A stretch of DNA of 64,000 nt from Clostridia bacterium. GTDB taxonomy: Bacteria; Bacillota; Clostridia; UMGS1840. A model generated the notes under the pieces. It worked only from the letters and a program-made list of their open reading frames with translations. It made no database searches and was not told where the DNA came from. The translations under genes and the position numbers were made by a program. The stretch is from assembly GCA_045631485.1 (NCBI GenBank), contig JAZQUU010000028.1, positions 241 to 64,240 on the forward strand, read 5' to 3'. Within the stretch, counting starts at the first letter, position 1; the number at the start of each line of letters is the position of its first letter. Below are positions 31,494 to 40,495 of this stretch, piece after piece.

Positions 31494-31517
31494 ACATGGT
31501 CGAACACAAGGGGAACT

Positions 31518-31566
31518 TTGACTTTTAATCAAGTTGTTCGGCGTTCGAATCGCCGATGGCTCACCA
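31518..31566 (+). mobile_element. 3' half of tRNA-Lys(UUU): putative att site (right end) of an integrated element
   Basis: TTGACTTTTAATCAAG anticodon arm, CGGCG-TTCGAAT-CGCCG T arm and ATGGCTC-A-CCA end; no D arm or 5' acceptor strand upstream. Confidence 0.8.
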
Positions 31567-31597
31567 AAAATCCTCATTCGTAAGAATGGGGATTTTT
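31566..31597 (+). terminator. Intrinsic terminator directly after the tRNA-Lys fragment
   Basis: AAAAATCCTCATT-CGTAAG-AATGGGGATTTTT. Confidence 0.8.
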
Positions 31598-31763
31598 ACT
31601 TTTTCCCGAAATTCTTGACAAGTTTCAGTATGTTTGCTTTGCCTTTGGCAAAGCTTTTTTATTTTGGGAACCAAATATCAACCAAGTAAGATTTACTTTC
31701 CCTCTTGCCAAATTCGGCGAAATATGATATAGTATACTATGATTTTATTTTTACAGAAAAGAG

Positions 31764-32481
31764 ATGTATCAATTGGCTCAATCAAAAGGGTTATCCCAAT
31801 ATGAAAAAATGACCACCTGGCCGATTCCGAAATTAGTTATTTCCTTAGGGATTCCCCAGCTTTTGCAGACAGGGGTTAACCAGTATTGCCACTATGACCT
31901 TAAATAACCTTGCCGGAGAGGTGGGAGGAGACGCTGCTGTGGCGGCGATGTCTATCGTCAATAAAATCACCTTCTTTATCTTTGCAGTAGGGCTCGGCAT
32001 CGGTCAGGGGTTTCAACCGGTGGCATCCTTTAACTATGGTGCCAAAATCTATTCCCGTGTGAAAAAAGCCTTCTATTTTACCTTGTGGGCAGGGGAGATT
32101 TTCCTCGGCGTATGTGTGGTAATCGGCCTGATTTTTTCCAACAATCTGGTGGGAATGTTCCGTAATGACCCAACGGTAATTGCAATCGGCACTCTGAGCC
32201 TCAAAATGCAGCTTCTGGCGTTGTTTTTCCATCCTATGACCATCTGTGCCAATATGATGTTTCAAAGCATTGGAGAGAATAAAAAAGCCACATTCTTATC
32301 CATGCTTCGAAGCGGGATTTTGTTTATTCCCACCTTGGTGATTCTGACTCACTTTTTCGGACTGTTCGGCGTGCAGTCTTCTCAGGCGATTGCGGATGTG
32401 ATCACATTTTTTATCTGCACACCTGTTGCGCTCCGCTTTTTAAAACGACTTCCAAAGGACCAACCGGAGCAGCATGTATAA
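31764..32481 (+). pseudogene. MATE efflux transporter with a large internal deletion and +1 frameshift
   Basis: The N-terminus (QYEKMTTWPIPKLVISLGIP) joins at ATTCCCC (31851-31857) to the second-half sequence PSFCRQGLTSIATMTLNN in the +1 frame. The C-terminal half 31855..32481 is open. Promoter TTGCCA-17-TATAGT at 31705-31733. Confidence 0.8.
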
Positions 32482-32486
32482 ACGAT

Positions 32487-32527
32487 AAAATGGCGACATT
32501 CAAAAAATGAATGTCGCCATTTTTTTG
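32487..32527. terminator. Bidirectional intrinsic terminator
   Basis: AAAATGGCGACATTCA...TGAATGTCGCCATTTTTTT. Confidence 0.85.
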
Positions 32528-32631
32528 ATGTGATTAATGACTGAAAATGTAAAAATCATAAAGACTTCTCCTCAAGGAGAAGCCTTGCATAGAAGGAATC
32601 TTTCATGGTTGATAGAGATGTTCTGGCAAGG

Positions 32632-32838
32632 TTACTGATTCATTTTTGGGTTGTTGGTTCTGCCAAGTAAATAATCCACGGAGATATTAAAGTAATCTGC
32701 GATTTTGATGAGCTCATTGATGCCGGGTTCTCTTTCACCTGTTTCGTATCTGCTGATGGTGTTTTGGTTCATATTTAAATCCATGGCTAATTTGAGCTGT
32801 GAAATTTTTTTCGCTTTTCTGATTTCTTTTAATTTCAT
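32632..32838 (-). CDS. XRE-family HTH regulator
   Basis: LKEIRKAKKISQLKLAMDLNMNQNTISRYETGEREP; ATG 32838 after GAGGTG. Confidence 0.9.
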   Translation of the reverse strand: MKLKEIRKAKKISQLKLAMDLNMNQNTISRYETGEREPGINELIKIADYFNISVDYLLGRTNNPKMNQ

Positions 32839-32849
32839 AAAAACACCTC

Positions 32850-32900
32850 TTGACAATATTATCCCACAATGGTATAATAAAAATATCCCAATATGGTATA
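32850..32900 (+). promoter_or_regulatory. Sigma-A promoter overlapped by two near-palindromic operators
   Basis: TTGACA (32850-55)-17-TATAAT (32873-78) with TG extension; TATCCCA-N3-TGGTATA at 32860-32876 and 32884-32900. Confidence 0.75.
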
Positions 32901-32917
32901 TTTAAGGAGGAAAGATT

Positions 32918-33457
32918 ATGAATTGTAAAAAATGCGGAAACGAAGTTGACAAAAAGGCAGTTGTTTGCCCCGGGTGCGGATGTAAGATTAAGAAACCGTT
33001 TTATAAAAAATGGTGGTTTTTCGGAATCCTGATTATTTTTGTGATTGCAGTAGCAGGTAACGGAAATGAAGGAAATACCGATACAAGTTCGCCCAAAGAA
33101 GCAGAAAAAAGCGTTGAAGCCACTGCGGAACCCATTACTTACGAAACTGTTGATTTAGCAGTCATGTTTGAAGAGTTAAAAACCAATGCGATGAAAGCAG
33201 AAAATAACTATCAGAAAAAGAATATCGAATTTACAGCAAAAATTAAAAATTTTGACAGTGATGGAAAATATGTTGGTGTTGAACCGACCACGGCGAACGA
33301 ATGGAACTTTGAAACGGCTCTGTGCTATATAAAAAATGACGAGCAGAAGAACTTTTTAATTGAGAAAAATGTGGGTGATATCATCACGATCAAAGGAAAA
33401 GTGAAATCCATCGGAGAAGTGTTGGGATATACCATTGATATTGCAGAAGTTCAATAA
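32918..33457 (+). CDS. Zinc-ribbon membrane-anchored protein with an extracellular OB-fold-like domain
   Basis: N-terminal CxxC...CxxC, a KKWW + TM helix and a polar C-terminal domain. Confidence 0.7.
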   Translation: MNCKKCGNEVDKKAVVCPGCGCKIKKPFYKKWWFFGILIIFVIAVAGNGNEGNTDTSSPKEAEKSVEATAEPITYETVDLAVMFEELKTNAMKAENNYQKKNIEFTAKIKNFDSDGKYVGVEPTTANEWNFETALCYIKNDEQKNFLIEKNVGDIITIKGKVKSIGEVLGYTIDIAEVQ

Positions 33458-33470
33458 TTTTATAAACATA

Positions 33471-33505
33471 AAAAAATCCGGAAACATTTTGTTTCCGGAT
33501 TTTTT
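33471..33505. terminator. Bidirectional intrinsic terminator
   Basis: AAAAAATCCGGAAAC-ATTTT-GTTTCCGGATTTTTT between convergent genes. Confidence 0.88.
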
Positions 33506-33532
33506 GTTTTTTTAATTGTTTTATGAATAAAA

Positions 33533-34162
33533 TTATTTCGTGCCGAAGATTCTGTCTCCCGCGTCGCCTAAACCGGGCATAATATATCCCACTTCGTTTA
33601 AGCATTCGTCCACATTGGCACAGAAGATTTCCACATCGGGATGCGCTTTAGTTAAAGCGTCAACCCCTTCGGGAGCCGCAATTAAGCATAAGAATTTAAT
33701 CTGTTTTCCGCCGTAGGACTTAATCTGAGAGATGGCATCAATAGCAGAACCGCCGGTTGCCAGCATGGGGTCAACCACCACGATTAAGCGTTCCTCAATA
33801 TCTTTGGGGAGCTTGCAGTAGTATTCGTGGGGGATTAAGGTTTCCTCGTCACGATACATACCGATGTGACCAACCTTTGCGGAGGGAATTAAAGAGAGCA
33901 TCCCTTCCACCATACCAAGACCTGCGCGCAAAATGGGAACAATCGCCATTTTTTTGCCTTTTAACATTTTCTGCTTGGTTTTGGTTAAGGGGGTTTCGAT
34001 TTCCACTTCTTCTAAGGGTAAATCACGGAGTGATTCATAGCACATCAGCATGGTGATTTCTTCCACCAGTTCACGAAATTCCTTGTTGGTGGTGGTAGTC
34101 TGACGAAGAATGGTGGTTTTATGCTGAATTAAGGGATGATCAAAAACTGTCACTTTACTCAT
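33533..34162 (-). CDS. upp: Uracil phosphoribosyltransferase
   Basis: [20 protein letters not shown] and [17 protein letters not shown] motifs. Confidence 0.97.
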   Translation of the reverse strand: MSKVTVFDHPLIQHKTTILRQTTTTNKEFRELVEEITMLMCYESLRDLPLEEVEIETPLTKTKQKMLKGKKMAIVPILRAGLGMVEGMLSLIPSAKVGHIGMYRDEETLIPHEYYCKLPKDIEERLIVVVDPMLATGGSAIDAISQIKSYGGKQIKFLCLIAAPEGVDALTKAHPDVEIFCANVDECLNEVGYIMPGLGDAGDRIFGTK

Positions 34163-34176
34163 AGGGGAAACGCTCC

Positions 34177-35517
34177 TTACTGTGCTTTTTTGCCGGATAC
34201 CATTAAGTTAACCAAAATACCTAAAATTAATGCGCAAGCAATTGCGGTGATTTTGATTTGTCCGATCTGCAGAGCCATACCGCCGATACCGGTGATTAAG
34301 ATAACTGCCACAACGAACAGGTTTTTGTTTTCGTTTAAGTCAACCTGCTGGAGCATTTTTAAGCCGGATACTGCGATAAAGCCGTATAAGGTGATACAAA
34401 CGCCGCCCATTACACAAGCGGGAATGGATGCTAAGAATGCAACAAAGGGAGTGAAGAATGCAGCCACTAACGCCATAATTGCGGTGGTTAAAATGGTTAC
34501 CACGGAAGCGTTACCGCTAATTGCCACACAACCAACAGATTCACCGTAGGTGGTGTTGGGGCATCCGCCGAAGATTGCACCTGCGATGGAACCGATACCG
34601 TCCCCCAGTAAGGTTCTGTGTAAGCCGGGTTCTTCCAGTAATTCGGTGCCGATAATGGTGGATAAGTTTTTGTGGTCTGCAATATGTTCTGCAAATACAA
34701 CAAACGCAACGGGAATATATGCCACAGCGATGGTTGCGATATATGCAGGAGTAATATCTGCGATGCCGCTAAAAGCTTTTAAGAAGGTGAAATCAGGCAT
34801 AGAGAAGATGCTGTTGATGGTGGGGAAGGTGATTACCTGCAGAGCAGCATTGCCGGTTGCCATACCGATTACGGTGAAGATGGAAGCCAATGCATAACCT
34901 GCTAAGATACCCATAATGAAGGGAATTAATTTGATGGTTTTTTTGCCGTAGGTGGAGCAGAGGATAACCACTGCGATGGTTACGATTGCGCAGATAAAAC
35001 CAATCCAACCCTGGGTGCCCATTGCATAAACACTGTTTGCAGCGTCATACTGAGCAAATTTTAACACGTCGCCAACTGCGTTGCCTGCCAAAGATAAGCC
35101 GATAATTGCAACGGTGGGACCGATTACAACGGGAGGCATCAGTTTGGCAATCCATTTAACGCCTGCGATTTTAACGATGATTGCTAAGATAACATACACC
35201 AGACCTGCGAAAGCAGCACCGATGATGATACCTGCGTGCCCTGCAGCCGCAGAAGCAGCGCCGCCGAATGCAGCAAACATAGAGCCGATAAATGCAAAGG
35301 AAGAACCTAAGAATACAGGGCTCTTAAATTTGGTGAACAGAAGATACACTAAGGTACCGATCCCTGCACCAAACAGTGCCGCAGATTGGCTCATTCCGTT
35401 GCCGATGATAGACGGAACCGCGATGGTTGCCGCTAAAATTGCCAACACCTGTTGGAATGCGAATACTAAGGTTTTGCCGAATGTGGGTTTGTCTTTTACG
35501 CCATAAATTAAATTCAT
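34177..35517 (-). CDS. uraA: Uracil/xanthine permease (NCS2 family)
   Basis: [21 protein letters not shown] signature; start at ATG 35517 after GGAGG; adjacent to upp. Confidence 0.9.
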   Translation of the reverse strand: MNLIYGVKDKPTFGKTLVFAFQQVLAILAATIAVPSIIGNGMSQSAALFGAGIGTLVYLLFTKFKSPVFLGSSFAFIGSMFAAFGGAASAAAGHAGIIIGAAFAGLVYVILAIIVKIAGVKWIAKLMPPVVIGPTVAIIGLSLAGNAVGDVLKFAQYDAANSVYAMGTQGWIGFICAIVTIAVVILCSTYGKKTIKLIPFIMGILAGYALASIFTVIGMATGNAALQVITFPTINSIFSMPDFTFLKAFSGIADITPAYIATIAVAYIPVAFVVFAEHIADHKNLSTIIGTELLEEPGLHRTLLGDGIGSIAGAIFGGCPNTTYGESVGCVAISGNASVVTILTTAIMALVAAFFTPFVAFLASIPACVMGGVCITLYGFIAVSGLKMLQQVDLNENKNLFVVAVILITGIGGMALQIGQIKITAIACALILGILVNLMVSGKKAQ

Positions 35518-35612
35518 GAGAGACGCCTCCGTTTTTTTCGGATGACTTTTGCATCCTTTATTTATTTTTTTATTGCTAATATTATACCAAATTGCACGAA
35601 ATTTGTCAATAA

Positions 35613-35643
35613 AAAAAGAGAATCTGCGTGAGATTCTCTTTTT
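35613..35643 (-). terminator. Intrinsic terminator after the HpcH-family gene
   Basis: AAAAAGAGAATCT-GCGTG-AGATTCTCTTTTT. Confidence 0.8.
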
Positions 35644-35652
35644 AAAAAACAA

Positions 35653-36432
35653 TTATTTCTTTAAAGCTTCCATGGTTGCTTCAAAAGCCTGTTTGTAACC
35701 CTGACCTAAGATAATAACGTCGGCACAAACATTTACGAAATCGTAACCCATGTCGCGAAGTTCTGCAATATTGCCGGGGCCGCCAACGGTGCCTGCAAAT
35801 TTGCCGTATTTTTTTGCGGTTTTTGCAATCAGTTCACGGGTTTCTGCCACTTTGGGATTTGCAAAATCCAGAGGACATCCCAAGCCCTGAGTGAAGTCTG
35901 CGGGACCAAAGAAAATCATATCAATACCGGGCAAAGCACAGATTTCTTCTAATTCTGCCAGCGGTTCGGGGTCTTCAATCTGAACCACCACGAATCTCTG
36001 ATCATTTGCCTGCTGCATATAATCTTTACCATCTACCAGACACCATTTACCGTCGGCATTACCACCGTCTAAGGGACGACGGCCGATGGGATGGAATTTG
36101 GTGTAGTAAACAATTTGTTTTGCATCTTCTAAGCTCATTAAGTGAGGAACCATAATTCCTGCGGAATCTGCTTCTAAGGGACGGATTAAATCATTGTAGC
36201 TGCCTCTTGCCACACGGGTCAAAACGTCAACATCATAGATTTTTGCCGCACGGATAATGTTTTCCACTTCCAGATAGGTAGCGGGAACATGTTCCATATC
36301 AATCCAGATACAGTCAAAACCGTTCATTGCCGCAATTTCTGCACCTCTGGGGTCGGAAATATTCAATTTGCAGGAAACAGCCATTTCGCCGTTTCTCATT
36401 TTTGCCAACACTCTGCTTTTTCTCATATTCAT
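35653..36432 (-). CDS. HpcH/HpaI class II aldolase family protein
   Basis: GFDCIWIDMEH, VVQIED and FFGPAD motifs; ATG 36432 after AGGAGGA. Confidence 0.88.
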   Translation of the reverse strand: MNMRKSRVLAKMRNGEMAVSCKLNISDPRGAEIAAMNGFDCIWIDMEHVPATYLEVENIIRAAKIYDVDVLTRVARGSYNDLIRPLEADSAGIMVPHLMSLEDAKQIVYYTKFHPIGRRPLDGGNADGKWCLVDGKDYMQQANDQRFVVVQIEDPEPLAELEEICALPGIDMIFFGPADFTQGLGCPLDFANPKVAETRELIAKTAKKYGKFAGTVGGPGNIAELRDMGYDFVNVCADVIILGQGYKQAFEATMEALKK

Positions 36433-36583
36433 GGTGAGCATCCTCCTATATGTTGCAATACATTTATACTCTATTTTCGTATTATACACCTGTTATTTTG
36501 ATTCGTCAAGGGAAAATCAGGAAAAAATTGATGTTTTTAACTATTTTGCGGCATTTATCAATATTTTTCACCAATTTTATTGA

Positions 36584-37378
36584 TTATTCGTCATCGGTGT
36601 AGGTATAAACCTCGCCGCAGGGGAAATATTTTACGGTAAGAGAGGGCATCATTTCGGCAATCAAATCGGAAATATAAACCATTCCCGCTTCTTCGCTTCC
36701 TGCGTGACCCAAAATGAGCAAGGTTTTGTTGTGCCCCATTAAACCTGCATCACGGGCATATTCTGCCATCATCCATTCGCAGGTTTCGCCCACCAGGATA
36801 ATCTGGGTATCTTCTGCCTGCAGTAAATCCAACACCCCGTCGGGAGCGCCGAACATTCCGGTGATGGTAGTTGCGGGAATATCTCTTGCTCCGCAGATAC
36901 GGATATGGCGAAGATTCAATGTTTTTTCCAGATGCTTTGCCACTTCCAGAGCGGTCATGGGAGTTTTTAAAGTGATTTTGGTGTTGTTACCGGGAGTGAT
37001 ATACTCCACGTCGGCATCAAATGCCATCTGACGAACCATACCAACCGCAATCAAATCTTCGGGACAAAAATGAGCGTGGTCGTGGAAACGGCAGATGGTC
37101 ATACCGCTTTTCTCAATCAATTCCCGTTTTTCACTCTGCAGTTTTTTGGTGCTGTATGCATCCAGATGGTCGTAGTATAAAGGTTCGTGCACCAAAAGCA
37201 TATCCGCACCCCATTCTGCCGCCGCCTTAATGGTATCGGTGGAGGGAAAGGTGGTTACCGCAAGTTTTTGGATTTCTTTTTCGGGATTTCCCTCTTTGCA
37301 ACAGTCACCGTTGGGATTAAATTCTCTGTCCTTTAGTGCCAGGGTAAAGAGCTTTTCTAAAATTTCATTGGCTTTCAT
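36584..37378 (-). CDS. Nif3-like dinuclear metal centre protein
   Basis: LLVHEP, RFHDHAH, GETCEW and LGHAGSE motifs. Confidence 0.8.
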   Translation of the reverse strand: MKANEILEKLFTLALKDREFNPNGDCCKEGNPEKEIQKLAVTTFPSTDTIKAAAEWGADMLLVHEPLYYDHLDAYSTKKLQSEKRELIEKSGMTICRFHDHAHFCPEDLIAVGMVRQMAFDADVEYITPGNNTKITLKTPMTALEVAKHLEKTLNLRHIRICGARDIPATTITGMFGAPDGVLDLLQAEDTQIILVGETCEWMMAEYARDAGLMGHNKTLLILGHAGSEEAGMVYISDLIAEMMPSLTVKYFPCGEVYTYTDDE

Positions 37379-37391
37379 AGCGGAACCCTCC

Positions 37392-38651
37392 TTAGCCTAA
37401 TACTTTTAAAATATAAGCTGCCACGGATTTGGTTAAATTGAGCAGTTTTTCGCATTCGATAAATTCGTTGGGCTGATGGGCACCGCCAACCTCGTGGAAT
37501 AATCTGGATGCACCGATGGTAAAGGTGGCATTTTCGCTACCGTATTTTAACAACACAGACATATCGGATAATGCACCTGCACAAATTTGCATATCCATTC
37601 CCACATCTTTTGCAGCTTCCACCATCAGTTTCACATCTTCGGAATCGGGCGGACAAACGCCGTAGTGGAAGAATCTGGAATCGGGAGTAAAGCCGTCGCC
37701 AATCAGACCTAAGGGCGCTAATTTTTCGGAGATGGATTTTTCAAGTTCTGCAAATTCTTTATAAATTTCGTCTTTGGTTTTATCGGTGTAGAAAGTGAAT
37801 TGCAACACGCCGATATCCTTGTCCATATCGTTGTTTCCGGCACGGATTTCGTTGTATCGCAGGGAGGTTTCGGGAACAAAGGTGTCTTTATAGTAGGGGT
37901 TGTTTTGCAACTCGTCTCTGCGGGCGTGGAAGAATTTTTCCATTTCTGCCATTACGATGGGGAAGCCCTGCGCGGTGAGTGCGGCACTGTCCACAGTATC
38001 TTTGGTGTGGAAACGGTAGGTCACAACACCGCCGCCGGTTGCACTGGGAACAAGCATTTCGTAGCCGCCGTCAATATTCACGATGCGGTTGGTGGGATAT
38101 TTCATCACTGCCGCCATAGCACCGTGGGAACCGCCCAGTTCTTCATCCACATAAGCGGAGAGAAGCAGGTTCTTCTTGGGTTTAAATCCGGCATCTTTTA
38201 ACAGTTTCATTAAGAAAACGGACAAGGCAATGCCGTATTTGTCATCGGTGGCACCTCTGCCGTAAATGTTGCCGTTTTCGATGTCACCGGAGAGGGGGTG
38301 GCGTTCCCAATTTGCCAAATCACCGAACATGACGGTGTCGGTGTGTGCCATCAGCATCACTTCGTTGACGTCTTCTTCGCCTTTCATCACGGCGGTCACA
38401 TTGTAACGGTTTTCTAAGTTTTTGCCGGGCAGATAGTCGGGATGATTTTCAAAGCCGTCTAAAGAGAGGGGAGAGTACAAATCACTTTCAAAGCCTGCAT
38501 CCAGACAAAGCTTATGAATCAGACGGGCGCATTCTTCCTCGTTGCCCCCGTTTCCGTAGTTTTCGGAATTGATTTTAATCATGTCCGAAAGCATTTTGTA
38601 TAATTCGTCCTGATGCTTGTCAATCAGGTCGCAGATTGTTTTTAAATCCAT
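37392..38651 (-). CDS. M20 family metallopeptidase (ArgE/DapE-like)
   Basis: MAHTDTV, GRGATDDK, VDEE and AHQPNE motifs. Confidence 0.88.
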   Translation of the reverse strand: MDLKTICDLIDKHQDELYKMLSDMIKINSENYGNGGNEEECARLIHKLCLDAGFESDLYSPLSLDGFENHPDYLPGKNLENRYNVTAVMKGEEDVNEVMLMAHTDTVMFGDLANWERHPLSGDIENGNIYGRGATDDKYGIALSVFLMKLLKDAGFKPKKNLLLSAYVDEELGGSHGAMAAVMKYPTNRIVNIDGGYEMLVPSATGGGVVTYRFHTKDTVDSAALTAQGFPIVMAEMEKFFHARRDELQNNPYYKDTFVPETSLRYNEIRAGNNDMDKDIGVLQFTFYTDKTKDEIYKEFAELEKSISEKLAPLGLIGDGFTPDSRFFHYGVCPPDSEDVKLMVEAAKDVGMDMQICAGALSDMSVLLKYGSENATFTIGASRLFHEVGGAHQPNEFIECEKLLNLTKSVAAYILKVLG

Positions 38652-38663
38652 GTTCTATTCCTC

Positions 38664-39464
38664 CTATAAATAATCTTTTTGGAATTCGTTATGATATAAG
38701 GTGTAAAGATATTGGAATCCGATATCTTTTAAGTATGCTCTTGCTTCGGTAAACCAACAGTCAATGGTATCATGATGGTGACTGTCGGAATTTAAGATGA
38801 TTTTTGCATCCGCTTTTCTTAAAATATGTAAGAGATTTTCGTAGGGGTAGGGAGTGGTGCGGATGCCTCTTGCGATGCCGCCGGTGTTTAATTCAAAAAT
38901 CACGTCGTTTTCGGCGGCGATTGCCATATATTTTTCTGCGATTTTATTGTAATCGGGATACTGTAAAAACAAATCGGTAGCCGATTCCTCATATTTGGTA
39001 ATTAAGTCAAAATGGCCTGCAATATCGGGCTTTCTTTCTTGGATATAGGAGCAAAATTGCTTGTAATACGCTTCTGCCAATTTCAGCGGGTCGTTTCCGA
39101 AAGCTTCCACGCATTTTTTCAGTTTTTCCACACCGCAATCCAACTGGTGATATACTCCGTCCGCTTTTAAATAATGGGAAGAACCAAGCAGATAGTCGAA
39201 TTTGGTGCGGTCTGTCCATTGATAGGCATCTTCTTCAATGCCCACATAAATTTCAATGTCTTTTTTGTATTGTTCCCTAAGCGCCGTGATGACGGCGATA
39301 TATTCGTCCACATTTTTTAAACAGTAGCTGCTGTCAAAATCGGTGGGAGCGTGCCCCGAAAAGCCGATGGAGGAAAACCCTTTTTCCAAAGCGGACAGCA
39401 CCACTTCTTCGGGGGCGCTTTTTCCGTCACAAAGCAGCGTGTGGGTATGAAAATTACTGAGCAT
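38664..39464 (-). CDS. PHP-family histidinol-phosphatase-like protein
   Basis: NFHTHT, GFSGHAP, GHFD and NSDSH motifs. Confidence 0.85.
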   Translation of the reverse strand: MLSNFHTHTLLCDGKSAPEEVVLSALEKGFSSIGFSGHAPTDFDSSYCLKNVDEYIAVITALREQYKKDIEIYVGIEEDAYQWTDRTKFDYLLGSSHYLKADGVYHQLDCGVEKLKKCVEAFGNDPLKLAEAYYKQFCSYIQERKPDIAGHFDLITKYEESATDLFLQYPDYNKIAEKYMAIAAENDVIFELNTGGIARGIRTTPYPYENLLHILRKADAKIILNSDSHHHDTIDCWFTEARAYLKDIGFQYLYTLYHNEFQKDYL

Positions 39465-39583
39465 CGGATGAAATCTCCTTTTTTCACATTTTCTTTTCTT
39501 ATTATAACAAAGGGGGTAAACTTTGTCAATAAAAAGGTAATATAAAAAACACTTCCGAGGAAGTGCTTTTTGTCATTAGAAAA

Positions 39584-39829
39584 TTATTTCCTCCGGAAGG
39601 GGAAAAATAATGTTTTGAATAACAAACATATCAATCGAAAAATCATTCTGATACCTAAAATAAAATATATCAGTATCTTAAGAAAAATGTTTTGGCGTTT
39701 CATAATTACTGTGTGTTTTAGTTCTCCGCATCCTTCGCACAATTCCAAATGTTTGGATATGATATATTTTTTCTCACTGTCATTGGTGTGATTCATTCGA
39801 TTTAAGCAGTCTAAGCAAAATTCAGCCAT
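39584..39829 (-). CDS. Small hypothetical protein with two CxxC motifs and a C-terminal hydrophobic helix
   Basis: MAEFCLDC...LCEGC; start ATG 39829 or 39847. Confidence 0.6.
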   Translation of the reverse strand: MAEFCLDCLNRMNHTNDSEKKYIISKHLELCEGCGELKHTVIMKRQNIFLKILIYFILGIRMIFRLICLLFKTLFFPFRRK

Positions 39830-39936
39830 GGCACAAATCCTTTTCATGTTTAAATATTTCTATATAAGTATATATCTATATATGGGAATTGTCAATAGGG
39901 TATATATTTATTAGAATATACCTAAGAGGTGAGACG

Positions 39937-40140
39937 ATGATTAAGCTTACGCTGGAATCCGTGCTGAATAGCCGTAATATTTCCAGATATGAACTGTCAA
40001 AACGGACAGGAATCAGGTACCATATTATTGATAATTATTATAAAAACAGAGTGACCCGATATGATAGCTTTGTTTTGGACAAAATCTGTACTGCATTGGA
40101 TTGTGAAATTTGTGATATCATTACATTTGAAAAAGAATAG
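39937..40140 (+). CDS. Cro/C1-type HTH regulator
   Basis: ATG 39937 after GAGGTGA; ISRYELSKRTGI...LDKICTALDC pattern; followed by a terminator at 40139-40176. Confidence 0.82.
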   Translation: MIKLTLESVLNSRNISRYELSKRTGIRYHIIDNYYKNRVTRYDSFVLDKICTALDCEICDIITFEKE

Positions 40141-40260
40141 CACTTGCTTATGTTACATAGGCAAGTGCTTTTTTTTCGTTTACGTTCATAATAGATGCAT
40201 CAACTTTAAATGAAATCGCCTCCTTTTATCAAACTATATCATAAAATTTAATACTTTTCA

Positions 40261-40459
40261 ATGAAGTATCGCCTTTGGCGATATGATGCATTTGCTTTGT
40301 AAATATGATGTTGCTCCCTTTGGTCACAATGATGCAATGTTTGCCAAATGTGCCGTAAGGCACACATCATTAGCGAAAGCGTCATCATTGGCAACGCCAA
40401 CATCATTTGCCGAAGGCAAACATCATTGAAAAAAGCACTTCCGAAGAAGTGCTTTTTTC
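40261..40459. repeat. Hairpin-array element A (ATGATG / CATCAT motif)
   Basis: ATGATG at 40283, 40305 and 40329 (ATGAAG at 40261); CATCAT at 40365, 40383, 40401 and 40421; most inter-motif segments are short hairpins; ends in a terminator-like palindrome. Confidence 0.8.
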
Positions 40460-40495
40460 TGGCTTTCGTGTACATAATAGATGCAAGATATTTTA

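Noticed and set aside
31490-31566. Intact tRNA-Lys gene
   Set aside because: There is no 5' acceptor strand (GAGCCAT expected) or D arm upstream of the anticodon arm.
40248-40475. 75-aa ORF on the minus strand over array A
   Set aside because: It is a translation of the repeat element itself, with no RBS or domain signature; likely spurious.
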